The notes under the pieces are model-generated. The model ran no database searches and was not told the origin of the DNA. It saw nothing but the letters and a program-made list of their open reading frames with translations. From the IMG/VR virus record IMGVR_UViG_3300032294_001260: DNA of 64,000 bases. The stretch is one strand, 5' to 3'. A program made the position numbers and the translations under genes. How positions within the stretch are numbered: position 1 is the first letter of the stretch; every line of letters starts with the position of its first letter. Positions 45,786 to 56,592 of the stretch are shown piece by piece. Source of the stretch: a virus. Lineage: Duplodnaviria > Heunggongvirae > Uroviricota > Caudoviricetes.

Positions 45786-47369
45786 TTATTTAGTAAATTG
45801 CTTTTTGTATTGATCATTAATATCGGGCGCGGCTGGCTCTGCACCCCCTTGTTGCTTCATCATCTGAGCCTCCGCTGCGGCTTGTTCTTCAGCCTCAACA
45901 TCTAACTCTTCTTGCATACGCTCAATACCTTCTTCATCAAAGTGAAGAACTTGTTTCTTTACCCATGCTTTAGAGAAATAAACGCCAATATAAGGATCAA
46001 GTTGCTGCAACAATTGCAGTCTTGTAGCCATCAACTCAGATTCTTTGAGTTCTGCAAAATTGTTATCTTTGAGAAAATCGTAATAAATCTTTTCTTTTAA
46101 TTGATTCCACTCTTCGATAGAGCAGACGCCCTTAAGAGCAAGTTGGCGTTGCATCAACTCATCAAATAGAATGCTGAATTTTGATCTTAGACGCTCAACA
46201 AATTTGTTGAACTTCAACTCATCGCGAGTAATTTCATTAGTGCGCCCCAAACTAAATGCTTGGTTAGGCACCAATCTAGATGTGGGAACGTTCAGACTCT
46301 TGTATAGTTTTTCTTCAAAATAACGAACGTCAGCCAACTCTCCGAGGTTTTCACCAGCGGGCAGTGTAGTGATTTCAGTTGCCTTGCCTTCACCGCGACG
46401 AGGAATCCAAAAGTCTTCCATCATTGACATGAACTTACGGTCGTCTTTGACTTCACCCGTAGATGAATCATAGACAACTTTGTTTCTAAACTTCGTCATG
46501 ATGTCGCGTAGGTACTGCTCTGCCTTAATCTTAGGCATGTTACCCACATCGATATAGAATACTCGACGTTCTGGAGCACGACTTAAACGATAGATAACGA
46601 TGGCATCCTCAACCATGCGCAACTGATTGAGTGGCTTGATTGATTTGTGTAGGTATGAAAGAACTGTGTTCTTTTTAGGATCCAGAATGCCAGAATTGAC
46701 GTTCACAATAGCATCAACGGCAATCTTAACAGACGAATCAGATACCGAGGTTATGAGGGTTTGACCTTGGGTCGATGCTTTGTCGTTATAGACATAGAAT
46801 TCTGAAATCCCATCGACAACTTCAACCCCCGTTCTAGGGTCTTTTTTCTTGTTTACGATCTTGACCTTTTTGATCTTTCTAGGATCAATATAAAGCAGTT
46901 CTTGAATACCCAGATTTGGTTGCGCTTCGTCAATCAATACTTGATAAAACACTCTACCGTCGATGTACCAATTTTTAAAAATATCTGATCCGTTGTTTGA
47001 AAAGTCCAATTTTTTGAGGACGGTCGCAAACTCTTCGCGGATCATCTCTTTGATATTGTCGGGTAATTGCAAGTCATCCAAAATGATGGTGACCGATTTA
47101 CCCGTAACATCATGAACGATAGATTCGTTGACGATTTCATCAATCGCAGTTTCAAGTTCGGGTTGCATCGCCATTTCGCGGTATCGCGTAATGAGATCGA
47201 CCTCATTTTTAAAACTTGCTTCTAGATCGAGATACGTGCCAAAGTAACCACCAGATGTGATGTTAATAGCACCATCATCTGTTAGTGGGGGGGTTATCTG
47301 CGGCTGAATTTGGACATCATCTTCCTTCTTACGGAAGATTTCAAATCCAAAAAGATTAATACTTGCCAT
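45786..47369 (-). CDS. gp20: Portal protein
   Basis: LITRYREMA, WYIDGR, KPLNQLRMVEDAIVIYRLSRAPERRVFYIDVGNMP, EDFWIPRR. Confidence 0.97.
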   Translation of the reverse strand: MASINLFGFEIFRKKEDDVQIQPQITPPLTDDGAINITSGGYFGTYLDLEASFKNEVDLITRYREMAMQPELETAIDEIVNESIVHDVTGKSVTIILDDLQLPDNIKEMIREEFATVLKKLDFSNNGSDIFKNWYIDGRVFYQVLIDEAQPNLGIQELLYIDPRKIKKVKIVNKKKDPRTGVEVVDGISEFYVYNDKASTQGQTLITSVSDSSVKIAVDAIVNVNSGILDPKKNTVLSYLHKSIKPLNQLRMVEDAIVIYRLSRAPERRVFYIDVGNMPKIKAEQYLRDIMTKFRNKVVYDSSTGEVKDDRKFMSMMEDFWIPRRGEGKATEITTLPAGENLGELADVRYFEEKLYKSLNVPTSRLVPNQAFSLGRTNEITRDELKFNKFVERLRSKFSILFDELMQRQLALKGVCSIEEWNQLKEKIYYDFLKDNNFAELKESELMATRLQLLQQLDPYIGVYFSKAWVKKQVLHFDEEGIERMQEELDVEAEEQAAAEAQMMKQQGGAEPAAPDINDQYKKQFTK

Positions 47370-47398
47370 GCGGTATCCTCATAATATAAACGAATAAA

Positions 47399-47944
47399 TT
47401 AAAATACGCCTTCTGGCACCGCTTCCCACCATTGATATGCAAATGTTACGGTATATTCTTCGATGGCGTCATTGTTACCCCAATCAAGTTCGATTGGTGA
47501 TACGTCTGTTGGGAACATGCCAATGAATTTGTATGACTTGATGACATTCCCCCGCTTGCCATAATGCTTAACGGTAGCATCGACACCATATGATGTCGGT
47601 CCACCCGCTGCTGCAACACGAATATTGCCGCGATGCGTATTCATAGCATTTAACCAGCGTTCCATGGCATTTCGAACAACGAAATCTTCGTCGTTGATGA
47701 TGTTCACAGTCCAATCGACAAATGATCTGTTGCCCGCAAATTTGAGTTCACGGCCAAAATATTGAACTGGGACCGTCCCCACTGTTGACCCTGGCAACTG
47801 CGCCGACTTGCACTGGAATTGAATTTTCCTGCTAGCATTTGCTGGTGAAGAAAATGCTGGAAAATTCATTTCAATGTCAAACAGGTTGGCGCGAGCGCCA
47901 TCAAACTGCATTTGCGAACGAAATTCAGATACGTTAAAAGCCAT
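47399..47944 (-). CDS. gp19: Tail tube protein
   Basis: GARANLF, CKSAQLPGS, FAGNRSFVDWTV, FPTDVSPIEL. Confidence 0.93.
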   Translation of the reverse strand: MAFNVSEFRSQMQFDGARANLFDIEMNFPAFSSPANASRKIQFQCKSAQLPGSTVGTVPVQYFGRELKFAGNRSFVDWTVNIINDEDFVVRNAMERWLNAMNTHRGNIRVAAAGGPTSYGVDATVKHYGKRGNVIKSYKFIGMFPTDVSPIELDWGNNDAIEEYTVTFAYQWWEAVPEGVF

Positions 47945-47976
47945 TTTTATCTCCTGACTTTATCTAAATGTATTTA

Positions 47977-49980
47977 TTAGAATCGTCCAACGACTTCTTC
48001 AAACGCCACGCCGCTTCTTACCGCAACGAAGTTCAATTGAATAAAGTTGACGCTTCTTGCTGGCTTGATGTATATGTCGCCCACAAACTCGTTACGATCA
48101 AGGACACCCGCCGTATTGTTTGTTTCATCACAGACCACACGGAAATCGTAGATGCCTCGACGACCCTGAACGTCTCTCAAGAACGGCTCAACCAAGGCAA
48201 CAAATTGTGCTCTGGTGAATTCGTCGTTGATTTCAAAGAGACTTGCTCTTGATGCTCTAGAAATTGCCTTTTCAAGAACAATAAACAGACGACGAACGTT
48301 GATTCTATCGAACGCGCTAGGCTTGTTTTGCAGTGTCTTATCGCCGTAGAGTATGGTTCCTTCGCCAGGGAATGAGACTACTGGGTTGATGCCATTCTTA
48401 TATAGAGAGTCTCTAATGCCAGTTTGGGCTGGGTTGAATGACAGTTTAACCAAGTTGCGAATCTGACCGCGATTTACACCCGCTGGTGAGAACCACGGAT
48501 CTCGCTGTAGATCTGTACGAACGCATAGACCAGCGATATCAGCATTCAATGGAACCCAACGGTATACGTCGTTGTACTTATCGTACTGATACTTCCAACC
48601 CGAATCCATTACACCATATGAATCACCATTGTTTAACAGGTTTCTGTATGAAATGATGTCATTGAGTTTTGACGACGACGTTACAGCCGCCGCATAACTC
48701 GGTGAAACGAATGCCACGCAGTCTTTTCTTGTTGATGCTACGCTCAAGTACTCATCTGCAACTTCTCTGCCGTTGATCGATGAGTTTGCACTCACGAAGC
48801 AGTCTCCAGAGAAGATCAATGAGATGTCGATTTCTTCTTTGTTCTTGAACAGATCGATAGCGGTGAGCATATTTCCTTGGCTAGGAATACCATCTGCACC
48901 ATTACCTAGTGAATAGGTGGTGTTGGCTGGTACTGGTGACCAGAATCCACCAGAAGTGTTAGCCTGAATAGTTGTGTTACCCCACGCTGAAGTTGTGTTT
49001 GAGTTTAATGTATGACCCAACCAGTGGACATATTTCGAATTGCGGAATATCACTTCTTTGTAATAAATGGTTGCGCCGTCAGAACCTTTGGCATCAGACG
49101 CCTTTGATAGGTTAGAGTAGCGTTCTAGGACTGTATTTGCTACACCAGTGATTGCGCCATCTTCGTCAACAACCACCATGTGCAATTCATCGTTTAGGCT
49201 GGAATTGTTGGTGATTGATTGAGCATATTCAGAAGTTGTTGGAGCGGAATCAAAGTATGAAGAGTATGCCCAAGTTGCAAACTGTGAGGTATTACCACAA
49301 ACGGATACCTTGAGCGAATTACCTAGAGCACCAACATATCGCGCAACCCACGCTGCTTGAGAATTTGCAGAATTGTAGACACCGTTGAAGTATTCTTGGT
49401 CGTTTGCAATGGTGGCATAGTTCTGACGAGTTACGCCAGAAGACACCGAAATGTCTGGATCAGATACGCTAAAGTTTGATGTGACGATGAAACTGTTTGC
49501 GTTTGTAACAGAAGAAACAACACGTGAAACTCCATTCACGGTTACAGTATCCCCAGCAATCAACAGGTTATACCCAGCATTAGTTGATGCTGGTAGAGAT
49601 GCAGTGTTTACACTAACGACTGCGGAATTACTTGAAATATTAGCAGTACCATTAAATGTTAGAGTGACTGTGCTGCTTTGTGGACCGACAGCGTTGTTAG
49701 AAGAATTGATACCGCCCGCTGAACTAATGACGCGGACAACTCTGAGGTCATTGCCGTAGGACAAGAAGTTAGCGGCAGACATGAACGATACTGCTGTATT
49801 ATTATCTGGTTCGAAGAACTTTTCGACGAGTTCAACTTCGCTGGAAACTTGGACTACCGTATCTGCTGGACCCCAACGGAAAACGCCAGCAGTTGCACCA
49901 GTTGAGGTGCCTACCGCTGGAGCGGTTGTAGTTAAATCAAATTCAGAAGTATTGACACCTGGGGAATTTTGAAACGCCAT
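47977..49980 (-). CDS. gp18: Tail sheath protein
   Basis: SPGV, FRWGP, WFSPAG, GDKTL, FDRINVRRLF, IKPARSVNFI. Confidence 0.96.
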   Translation of the reverse strand: MAFQNSPGVNTSEFDLTTTAPAVGTSTGATAGVFRWGPADTVVQVSSEVELVEKFFEPDNNTAVSFMSAANFLSYGNDLRVVRVISSAGGINSSNNAVGPQSSTVTLTFNGTANISSNSAVVSVNTASLPASTNAGYNLLIAGDTVTVNGVSRVVSSVTNANSFIVTSNFSVSDPDISVSSGVTRQNYATIANDQEYFNGVYNSANSQAAWVARYVGALGNSLKVSVCGNTSQFATWAYSSYFDSAPTTSEYAQSITNNSSLNDELHMVVVDEDGAITGVANTVLERYSNLSKASDAKGSDGATIYYKEVIFRNSKYVHWLGHTLNSNTTSAWGNTTIQANTSGGFWSPVPANTTYSLGNGADGIPSQGNMLTAIDLFKNKEEIDISLIFSGDCFVSANSSINGREVADEYLSVASTRKDCVAFVSPSYAAAVTSSSKLNDIISYRNLLNNGDSYGVMDSGWKYQYDKYNDVYRWVPLNADIAGLCVRTDLQRDPWFSPAGVNRGQIRNLVKLSFNPAQTGIRDSLYKNGINPVVSFPGEGTILYGDKTLQNKPSAFDRINVRRLFIVLEKAISRASRASLFEINDEFTRAQFVALVEPFLRDVQGRRGIYDFRVVCDETNNTAGVLDRNEFVGDIYIKPARSVNFIQLNFVAVRSGVAFEEVVGRF

Positions 49981-50045
49981 GTTTTTGCTCCCATGTATGG
50001 AGAATGAGAAAATCTATTACTTATTTAGTAAAACACGGTTTTTAG

Positions 50046-51671
50046 TCAATTGACGGTCTTCCAGATAACCCCATCTGATACAAATCCCCTATCCTGATCG
50101 ACATCCAAGTGCCCAGCCAAGAATGTAGGCAACTGCTCTTCCTCAATCTGCTTCATCTGCTGCTCATGCAGTTTTTGTTTGATATTAGTATCAGTCAATT
50201 CTGCAAAGAAACTTTGACCCGACATCCATCCAAATAGAACCAATGTCATAACCAAATCGTCATGAGAGCCTTCTTCGGCTTCATAAGACCCCTTTTTAGC
50301 GATAAAGGTTGACAACTCGGCTATCGTATCGAAGTCTTGGATTAACAATTTTTGACCTTCGATCAGGTTCTTGATCAAAGAACATCCCAACCTTTTTACG
50401 GACTTGGTAGTTCTGACACCCCTATCCGACTTGTTTCCGTAACCCCAAGTCAGAGAAATTCTGCCCTTGATCTCTACGGTGGATAGAATGTTTTCGTATT
50501 CATAATCATCGAATAGAGAATCGACGATCTGCTGTCCATTGTCATTAATTTCAACCAGAGCGAATGCTTCGTTGTAGTATGTTCCGATTCGTTTAATGAT
50601 GCTCGGATATACCAACGGGCTGATGTTGTTATCTTTGTATGTGCAAACTTGGCGATAAGGTAACGTTGTGACATCTATGACGCTGAATGCGGAATAGTCC
50701 AGCCCTTTACCTCTACTTGTATCCACTACGATACAATAATTATGTTTTTCTATAGGGGCTTCGTATATTTTAATTCCATTTTCAGACTTGTGTAATGGTT
50801 CGACAAATGCCAAAGATTTGAGAGCCGCAGCGGATAACAAAGTCCCCGCTGACCCCATAAACTCGCATTCCATTTCTTGTAAGAACTTTTCTTCACCCAG
50901 AACCCTGCGTTGGTCGTCAGCCCACTTCTGATCTCGCCCTGGAACCTGTCGCCAGTTGGCTTCTATAAATTTGAACCCATTTCTACCCTCAACCGCTTCC
51001 GTCCACATTCTGTAAAAGTGGTTCATACCATTTGGCGTTGAGGAAACAAGGATCTTTGATTGTGTACCAGAAGAAATAGTTGGGTAGACGGATGTAAAAA
51101 ATTCTTCGGCAATGTTGCTCGGGACGAATGCAAACTCATCGAGGTACAGCAAAGAAATAGAATAACCACGGATGGCGCTAGAAGCAGTAGAAGTTGCCAT
51201 GACGCGGCAGTTGTTCTCCAGTTCGATATCACCCTTGTTCCAAGTTTTAACGCCCTGCTGCAACCACATCGGTAATGCTTCATAAGCAATCTTGATGCGG
51301 TTTAGGATTTCACGGGCAGTTGGAGCCTTGTTAGCCAGAATGGCAACAAATTTGTCTTCATTGAAAAGAATATACCAAAGGATATAACCAACAACCATCG
51401 TGGTCTTACCAACCTGACGCCCCGCTTTTACAACTACTTGTCGATTTTCATTGATATCTTTAACCGCTTGTTTCTGAAACGGGTATAGAGAAATTTTAAC
51501 AAAACCGTGATCTAGTGTAATAACCTTGACATAGTTTTCAATAAAATAAGTCGGATCTTTTGAACACTTTACATACTCACGAACTTGTTCTTCTGTGAGT
51601 TCAATTTCGGTGTTAATTCTTTTTAATTTGGGATTCCCCAAATAATGTTTGATTCGTTTAGCCAAATTCAT
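50046..51671 (-). CDS. gp17: Terminase large subunit
   Basis: GRQVGKTT, LYLDEFAF, VSSTPNG, VDTSRG, HDDLVM. Confidence 0.96.
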   Translation of the reverse strand: MNLAKRIKHYLGNPKLKRINTEIELTEEQVREYVKCSKDPTYFIENYVKVITLDHGFVKISLYPFQKQAVKDINENRQVVVKAGRQVGKTTMVVGYILWYILFNEDKFVAILANKAPTAREILNRIKIAYEALPMWLQQGVKTWNKGDIELENNCRVMATSTASSAIRGYSISLLYLDEFAFVPSNIAEEFFTSVYPTISSGTQSKILVSSTPNGMNHFYRMWTEAVEGRNGFKFIEANWRQVPGRDQKWADDQRRVLGEEKFLQEMECEFMGSAGTLLSAAALKSLAFVEPLHKSENGIKIYEAPIEKHNYCIVVDTSRGKGLDYSAFSVIDVTTLPYRQVCTYKDNNISPLVYPSIIKRIGTYYNEAFALVEINDNGQQIVDSLFDDYEYENILSTVEIKGRISLTWGYGNKSDRGVRTTKSVKRLGCSLIKNLIEGQKLLIQDFDTIAELSTFIAKKGSYEAEEGSHDDLVMTLVLFGWMSGQSFFAELTDTNIKQKLHEQQMKQIEEEQLPTFLAGHLDVDQDRGFVSDGVIWKTVN

Positions 51672-51672
51672 A

Positions 51673-52476
51673 TTAGTCTTCAACTGGCTCCAAGTGATGA
51701 ATTATTCGGTTTATTGTTTCATACCGATAGTTTTCTGTTAATTGATTTTCACCGATTTTTTTAAATTTTTGTCCTCTCGCCAGAACGACTTCATGTTCAT
51801 CAGCATTAACGCGGAATTTATTAGCAATATATCTACCTTTACTATATCCTTTCGGTAAATGAAATTGTATGTAATGTGCGTTGTATGTGATATGATCGTT
51901 CGATTCACTTTCTCTAATAAGTGATGAAAATTTTCTAGCGACATCGTGATCTAGTGATGTTGAAATATAACAAGGCGATTCAACATGATCGCCGACTTTT
52001 GTTTTACTCAAAACGTGCGCAATACTTGTACCTAAACCTGAATATGTTTTAATTGGTTTTTTGAGAGCGTTTTTAGGATTTGTTGTAATTTGATCTAAGA
52101 CGGTAATATGTTTTCTTAGACCAGATGAATCTATATCTTTATTTTCAATTAATGATTTATTTAAGTATTTAGAGTTGCGAGTAAAATTTTGAACTTCCAA
52201 TTGGTGATTACCACTCGGATCTTCTCTAATCTCTTTTGACATTAATTTTGCGTGGGGAACCAAAGACGATATATTATCGTTCAATTCTTCTAGACTGGCT
52301 TTATTGTGTTTAAGAGCAAAGTCTTCCTTTAAGCCTTCACAAACTTTGCTCTCGCTTTCTTTTGAAAATGGATCGTGGTTTTTATCTTTTCCGCTTCGGT
52401 AGTGCGCAAAGAACTTGTGGATCTTTTTTTTCTTTTTATTTTTTGCTTCAGCCAAAAAATTTTTAAATGTTTTCAT
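51673..52476 (-). CDS. ADP-ribosyltransferase-fold protein (VIP2/Alt-like) with capsid-targeting sequence
   Basis: MKTFKNFLAE; KTYSG, YISTS, EHEVVLARG. Confidence 0.75.
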   Translation of the reverse strand: MKTFKNFLAEAKNKKKKKIHKFFAHYRSGKDKNHDPFSKESESKVCEGLKEDFALKHNKASLEELNDNISSLVPHAKLMSKEIREDPSGNHQLEVQNFTRNSKYLNKSLIENKDIDSSGLRKHITVLDQITTNPKNALKKPIKTYSGLGTSIAHVLSKTKVGDHVESPCYISTSLDHDVARKFSSLIRESESNDHITYNAHYIQFHLPKGYSKGRYIANKFRVNADEHEVVLARGQKFKKIGENQLTENYRYETINRIIHHLEPVED

Positions 52477-52900
52477 TCTTCAGCCTCTTTAACAACTCTG
52501 CTGTGCTTCCAATGAACACAGCCTTGTCAACCGAAATTGATGGGGATGCTGGATTGTCGCCAGCAGCAGCATCTTGTTTTTTCAGCAGATCCTTCTTGTC
52601 TTTCTGCAGTTTTAGAAGTTTGTCTAGGTTTTCAGATTGAGTTTTCATCAACTGTCCGAGAACTTCGAATGCTCTCGGGTGCATGCTTTCTCTTGCGATG
52701 TCTGAGATATTCTCGATTGTATCGTTGCCCTTTTCAATCAGGCTATACAGATTTCTTCTTGCGTAATCGGCATCGTCGAGAATGTCTGCCTCAGAGGAGG
52801 TTGATTCTGGGACTTCAACGATATTTCTTGTTTCGTCTGGAACAGTGATCACTTCAGTGTTCAGAATTTCTGCTAGATTTTTATCTACGTGGCTTGTCAT
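52463..52900 (-). CDS. gp16: Terminase small subunit
   Basis: DADYARRNL, ESMHPRAFEV, VFIGSTAEL. Confidence 0.9.
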   Translation of the reverse strand: MTSHVDKNLAEILNTEVITVPDETRNIVEVPESTSSEADILDDADYARRNLYSLIEKGNDTIENISDIARESMHPRAFEVLGQLMKTQSENLDKLLKLQKDKKDLLKKQDAAAGDNPASPSISVDKAVFIGSTAELLKRLKNENI

Positions 52901-53904
52901 GGTAAGTTTGGATATTCATAAATTGTTTCAGTGAATCCGAAATCATCATTTGCATTAGCACTCAATGGATCTGGTTCGACGGTCAGAGTTATGACTTTAT
53001 TGACTGAATCGTCGAATGAAGATACCAAGTAGTTTGCATTGGTAACCACACCCCTCAAATTAGCATTAGGGGTTATATTCCCATTCACATCATAGACGAT
53101 GAGATTGTTTGAAGTTGAATCCCACGCCTTTACAAAAGCGGTGACGTTGGAGGTTTCTAGAGTTTTGCCTTGATAGACCAACTCACCAATTTTATAGTCA
53201 CCGCTACCCGAAGATACAGATATTCTTTGTTCTATCTCAACACCAGAAGTATCGACGTATGTGTTTGCAATAGTCTTTCTGATGAGTTTGCTGTTTCCAT
53301 CCGAAGTTATCGGACCAAACAAATATCCCTGCATCAAAAAGGTGAGATTCCAGTTTATAACACGAGTTTCTTGAGGTGAACCCGTATCATTCATCATCTG
53401 TGAACTGACCGTCTGCAAAACGATTGGAATGTCAATAGGATTTCCAACATCTACCAAATCAACAGTAACTGTGTAGTCTGGGTTGAAATAAGGCAATATC
53501 TGTTCAATTATTTGAGTGCCATCTTCTGTGTTTCTGACGTATATGCCCAAGTTGAAGTTGAAGTTGTATGGTGTTTTGTATGCTGATCTGACTGTATTGG
53601 TTGTAGACCCGCCAAATTCATTTAAAAACAGTGAACGTTTTCTTAATGGATCATAGTTGATAGATTCCAATTCAAAATACATTCTAGGCAAAGTCATCTG
53701 TACTTCTTTGAAGAGATCTGGATCTTGAGTGGTACGGGTGTAGAATTTTTCCTTACCCGAATAACTCAACGGCACGGTGACCCTTTCGATCTCCATGGTC
53801 CCAGCCTTGTTGTATCGAACCAAACGAATATTGTTGAAAAGGGTGCCGAATGTGACGACCATTTTACGAGTTATTCTGTGGTAAAAGTGTGTTTTAGAAA
53901 GCAT
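52897..53904 (-). CDS. gp15: Tail sheath stabiliser / terminator
   Basis: FYHRITRK, VPLSY, LPRM, QIIEQILPYFNP. Confidence 0.9.
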   Translation of the reverse strand: MLSKTHFYHRITRKMVVTFGTLFNNIRLVRYNKAGTMEIERVTVPLSYSGKEKFYTRTTQDPDLFKEVQMTLPRMYFELESINYDPLRKRSLFLNEFGGSTTNTVRSAYKTPYNFNFNLGIYVRNTEDGTQIIEQILPYFNPDYTVTVDLVDVGNPIDIPIVLQTVSSQMMNDTGSPQETRVINWNLTFLMQGYLFGPITSDGNSKLIRKTIANTYVDTSGVEIEQRISVSSGSGDYKIGELVYQGKTLETSNVTAFVKAWDSTSNNLIVYDVNGNITPNANLRGVVTNANYLVSSFDDSVNKVITLTVEPDPLSANANDDFGFTETIYEYPNLP

Positions 53905-53906
53905 GG

Positions 53907-54827
53907 TTATTCGTTTGGTGATCCAAATGGATTTGCCTCATCCCAATTCAAGATGTTATCGGCTTCTTGTTCTATTCGAATGTTGTCATCAAATGTATCA
54001 TTAGCATCTTCTTGAACGTCGCCGCTAACCATAAACCAATTAGCGCCACTCATAGAACCTTTGATAACAGTGTTTGAAGCAAACTCGCCTTTCGCATTTC
54101 TTAGAATCAAATTTCTGGTTGGTTTGTCCCACGAAGACACATATGCTTTAGCAGTCGCTGACGCCAAATTGGTGCCCTGATACACCACCTCATGATCTTG
54201 ATAAGTGCCAAACCCACCGCTTTGCATAGAATATGCAACACCAAAGGCATGTGCATCGGGTAGATTGTCCACCGCAGCAATACCAGTATCCAATATCTCT
54301 CCGTTATACTTGAACATTTCGACGCTCAATTCATACATGTATGGAATGAATCTGCCTAACTGCTCAAATGACCCAGAACCGCCGCCGTGAGCCGCAGCGC
54401 GACCCAACTGGAAGAAATTCTTTTCTTGTTCAACGAACTTGATTTCCATCAATTTCTGCATCATAGGAATCCAAATCAGATCCCCTTCTTTCGGTACATT
54501 TCTCAAGTCAGTTGGAACATATTTCTCAAAGGTTCTACGAGCAATTGCGACACGTGCAGTTTTTTGAACCTCAAGGCCAAACTTACTGAAGAATTCTTGA
54601 TTACCTTCGAAGTTATTGAACGTTTCAAGGAACATCTCCATCTGATAAGAAGACGTATAGGTCTTTACGGGATCATCACCAAAGAGTTCGTCTAATGATG
54701 ATCTTGAAGCCCGTGGAAGATAGAAAACGTCTATGCCATGATTTCGAATAGATTCGATGATCATGTCTTCAATGAGAAGTTGTTCTCTTGAGGCACCTTG
54801 GTTGTTGAAATACTGAGATGTACCCAT
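53907..54827 (-). CDS. gp14: Neck protein
   Basis: ESIRNHGIDVFYLPR, FFSKFGLE, PKEGDLIW, ANPFG. Confidence 0.9.
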   Translation of the reverse strand: MGTSQYFNNQGASREQLLIEDMIIESIRNHGIDVFYLPRASRSSLDELFGDDPVKTYTSSYQMEMFLETFNNFEGNQEFFSKFGLEVQKTARVAIARRTFEKYVPTDLRNVPKEGDLIWIPMMQKLMEIKFVEQEKNFFQLGRAAAHGGGSGSFEQLGRFIPYMYELSVEMFKYNGEILDTGIAAVDNLPDAHAFGVAYSMQSGGFGTYQDHEVVYQGTNLASATAKAYVSSWDKPTRNLILRNAKGEFASNTVIKGSMSGANWFMVSGDVQEDANDTFDDNIRIEQEADNILNWDEANPFGSPNE

Positions 54828-54830
54828 TTT

Positions 54831-55592
54831 TTATCCCACGATCATGCTAGGTGGGGCTTCGTAAGTATCGCGGAGTTTTGCTTCTAGTTTTTCAATATCA
54901 GCCGTCGCATCCGCATAAATCTTCTCCCCGTTCACCACCAACCCACCTGGCAGCGTATAATTAGCATACTTCGTGATGTTCGATCCCCATTGCTGCTTGA
55001 ATAGTGCTGTGGTGTATTCTTTTAACCACAAATCATCGAAGACCTTTTCATAAGAGTCTGGGTCAGTGATTCTCACTGCTTGGAAAACGATGTATTCACC
55101 CACAGAGGTTCTACCATTCCAATCCATCTGAACATCAATTGTTCCCGTCTTTTTGTTAAAGATGAAAGGAATCTCACCCGTAACGATCATATCCAACATA
55201 GAAAGATGTTGACGGGCGATGACATAGTATGTGTAGGATGAAGACGTAAGGCTGTAGAAATCGTTTAGACGAATCTGATAGTTTATGTCAAAGATATTGA
55301 ATCCCTGTTTTGAACCAGAAGAGATGCTACCCGATGTTACGGGTAGCAATCTGGTGACGCCAATTATGGTGTCTGGAACGGGGATCTGACCAGTTTTTCT
55401 CATCGACTCCGTGACCTTTACAGCCAAGTATTCATCAGATGTACCATCAAAGTGGTAATTGCTGAAATGCTGTAAAGCGTCGTCGATTCGATCTTCTAAT
55501 TGATCATCGTCTACGTTAATGTCGATGACTGGAAAACCCAGTTTACGGAGGCAATAATCTTTGAGTTCTGTTCGTGATGTTGGTCCAGCCAT
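54831..55592 (-). CDS. gp13: Neck protein
   Basis: YCLRKLGFPVIDINV, QLEDRIDDAL, KQQWGSN, LPGG. Confidence 0.92.
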   Translation of the reverse strand: MAGPTSRTELKDYCLRKLGFPVIDINVDDDQLEDRIDDALQHFSNYHFDGTSDEYLAVKVTESMRKTGQIPVPDTIIGVTRLLPVTSGSISSGSKQGFNIFDINYQIRLNDFYSLTSSSYTYYVIARQHLSMLDMIVTGEIPFIFNKKTGTIDVQMDWNGRTSVGEYIVFQAVRITDPDSYEKVFDDLWLKEYTTALFKQQWGSNITKYANYTLPGGLVVNGEKIYADATADIEKLEAKLRDTYEAPPSMIVG

Positions 55593-55661
55593 GGGGAACC
55601 TCTACCAAATAGTGGTAATCTATTTAGTTTGCTATTTTTTTCATGCGGCAGACCCCAAACT

Positions 55662-56582
55662 TTATATAAAGTTAGAGTCCTCGTCATCATTTGAGTCTAA
55701 CGTTTCTCCGAAAAACGACTGCTTGGGCTTTGTGAATTCCTCGCTGGCGTTATCGTCTCTCGTCAGATTTCGCCAGAATTCTGCACCTTCGCACGCCTCT
55801 ATCACTGATGCTGGAAGCACGCTTTCGGGCTTTTTGGATGTGGATTTCACCTTAGATCTGACTTGATGCATATCTTGGAACCCATAGATATCCGCATCAT
55901 TTTCTTGGTGCATGTTCTTCAAATTGTTGAAGTCGTGTTCGAAATAAGGCTCATCTAAAAATTCATAGACGCCCTTCATGATCTTTTTCGGATTGCTGAC
56001 CAAGTCTCTGTATTCGATGAAGTATATGTTTGACTGATACCCCTGAGAGAGCGCAAACTTGAGACCATCGAAAGATTGACCGAGGATGCCAGGGCCAGCG
56101 ATTAGGCGGCACCTGTTTTCGTCATTGATAGGTATTCCCTGCTGAACCAAGGTCTGATCTATGAAGTTCAAGCGACCATTGATGATCGTAGGATTTCTGT
56201 GTATCATGGAAATGAAAGAAGTCAAAATCTCGCTGACATCTCTCACTGGATACAGTATTTTTGGATTCTTGATGCCGAAATACCCAGAGATGTAATGTAT
56301 TCTGTTAACCCAACTGCGATTCTTCTCGAAGATTATCGGCTTGTCTGTATCTGAATAGTAATGATCTAGAACAGACGATATTAGATTTTTACCAAAATCC
56401 TGTTTCGGATAAGCCAAGAACAGTTCGTCCTGATTCAACGATTCTTCCAGTTTCAGCATCGTAGGCACAACTGGAGAACTCGGTCCAGAATAGAATTTAG
56501 GATTCTGGTTTAAAATCGCGGATAACATGGTGCTACCGCTTCTAGGTAGACCAGACATAAAGTGATATTTTTTCTTAGCCAT
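55662..56582 (-). CDS. PAPS-dependent sulfotransferase
   Basis: SGLPRSGST (5'-PSB loop), KILYPVRD...ILTS (3'-PB), YRDLV..P....VYEFLDE. Confidence 0.85.
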   Translation of the reverse strand: MAKKKYHFMSGLPRSGSTMLSAILNQNPKFYSGPSSPVVPTMLKLEESLNQDELFLAYPKQDFGKNLISSVLDHYYSDTDKPIIFEKNRSWVNRIHYISGYFGIKNPKILYPVRDVSEILTSFISMIHRNPTIINGRLNFIDQTLVQQGIPINDENRCRLIAGPGILGQSFDGLKFALSQGYQSNIYFIEYRDLVSNPKKIMKGVYEFLDEPYFEHDFNNLKNMHQENDADIYGFQDMHQVRSKVKSTSKKPESVLPASVIEACEGAEFWRNLTRDDNASEEFTKPKQSFFGETLDSNDDEDSNFI

Positions 56583-56592
56583 GATAAATTCC

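Noticed and set aside
47977-49980. N-x-S/T enrichment in the tail sheath as proof of N-glycosylation
   Set aside because: About 16 sequons among about 60 Asn in a Ser/Thr-rich protein is only slightly above expectation
613-51671. Inteins or group I introns in gp41, gp43, gp46, gp20, gp23 or gp17
   Set aside because: Lengths and motif spacing are normal and the frames are continuous
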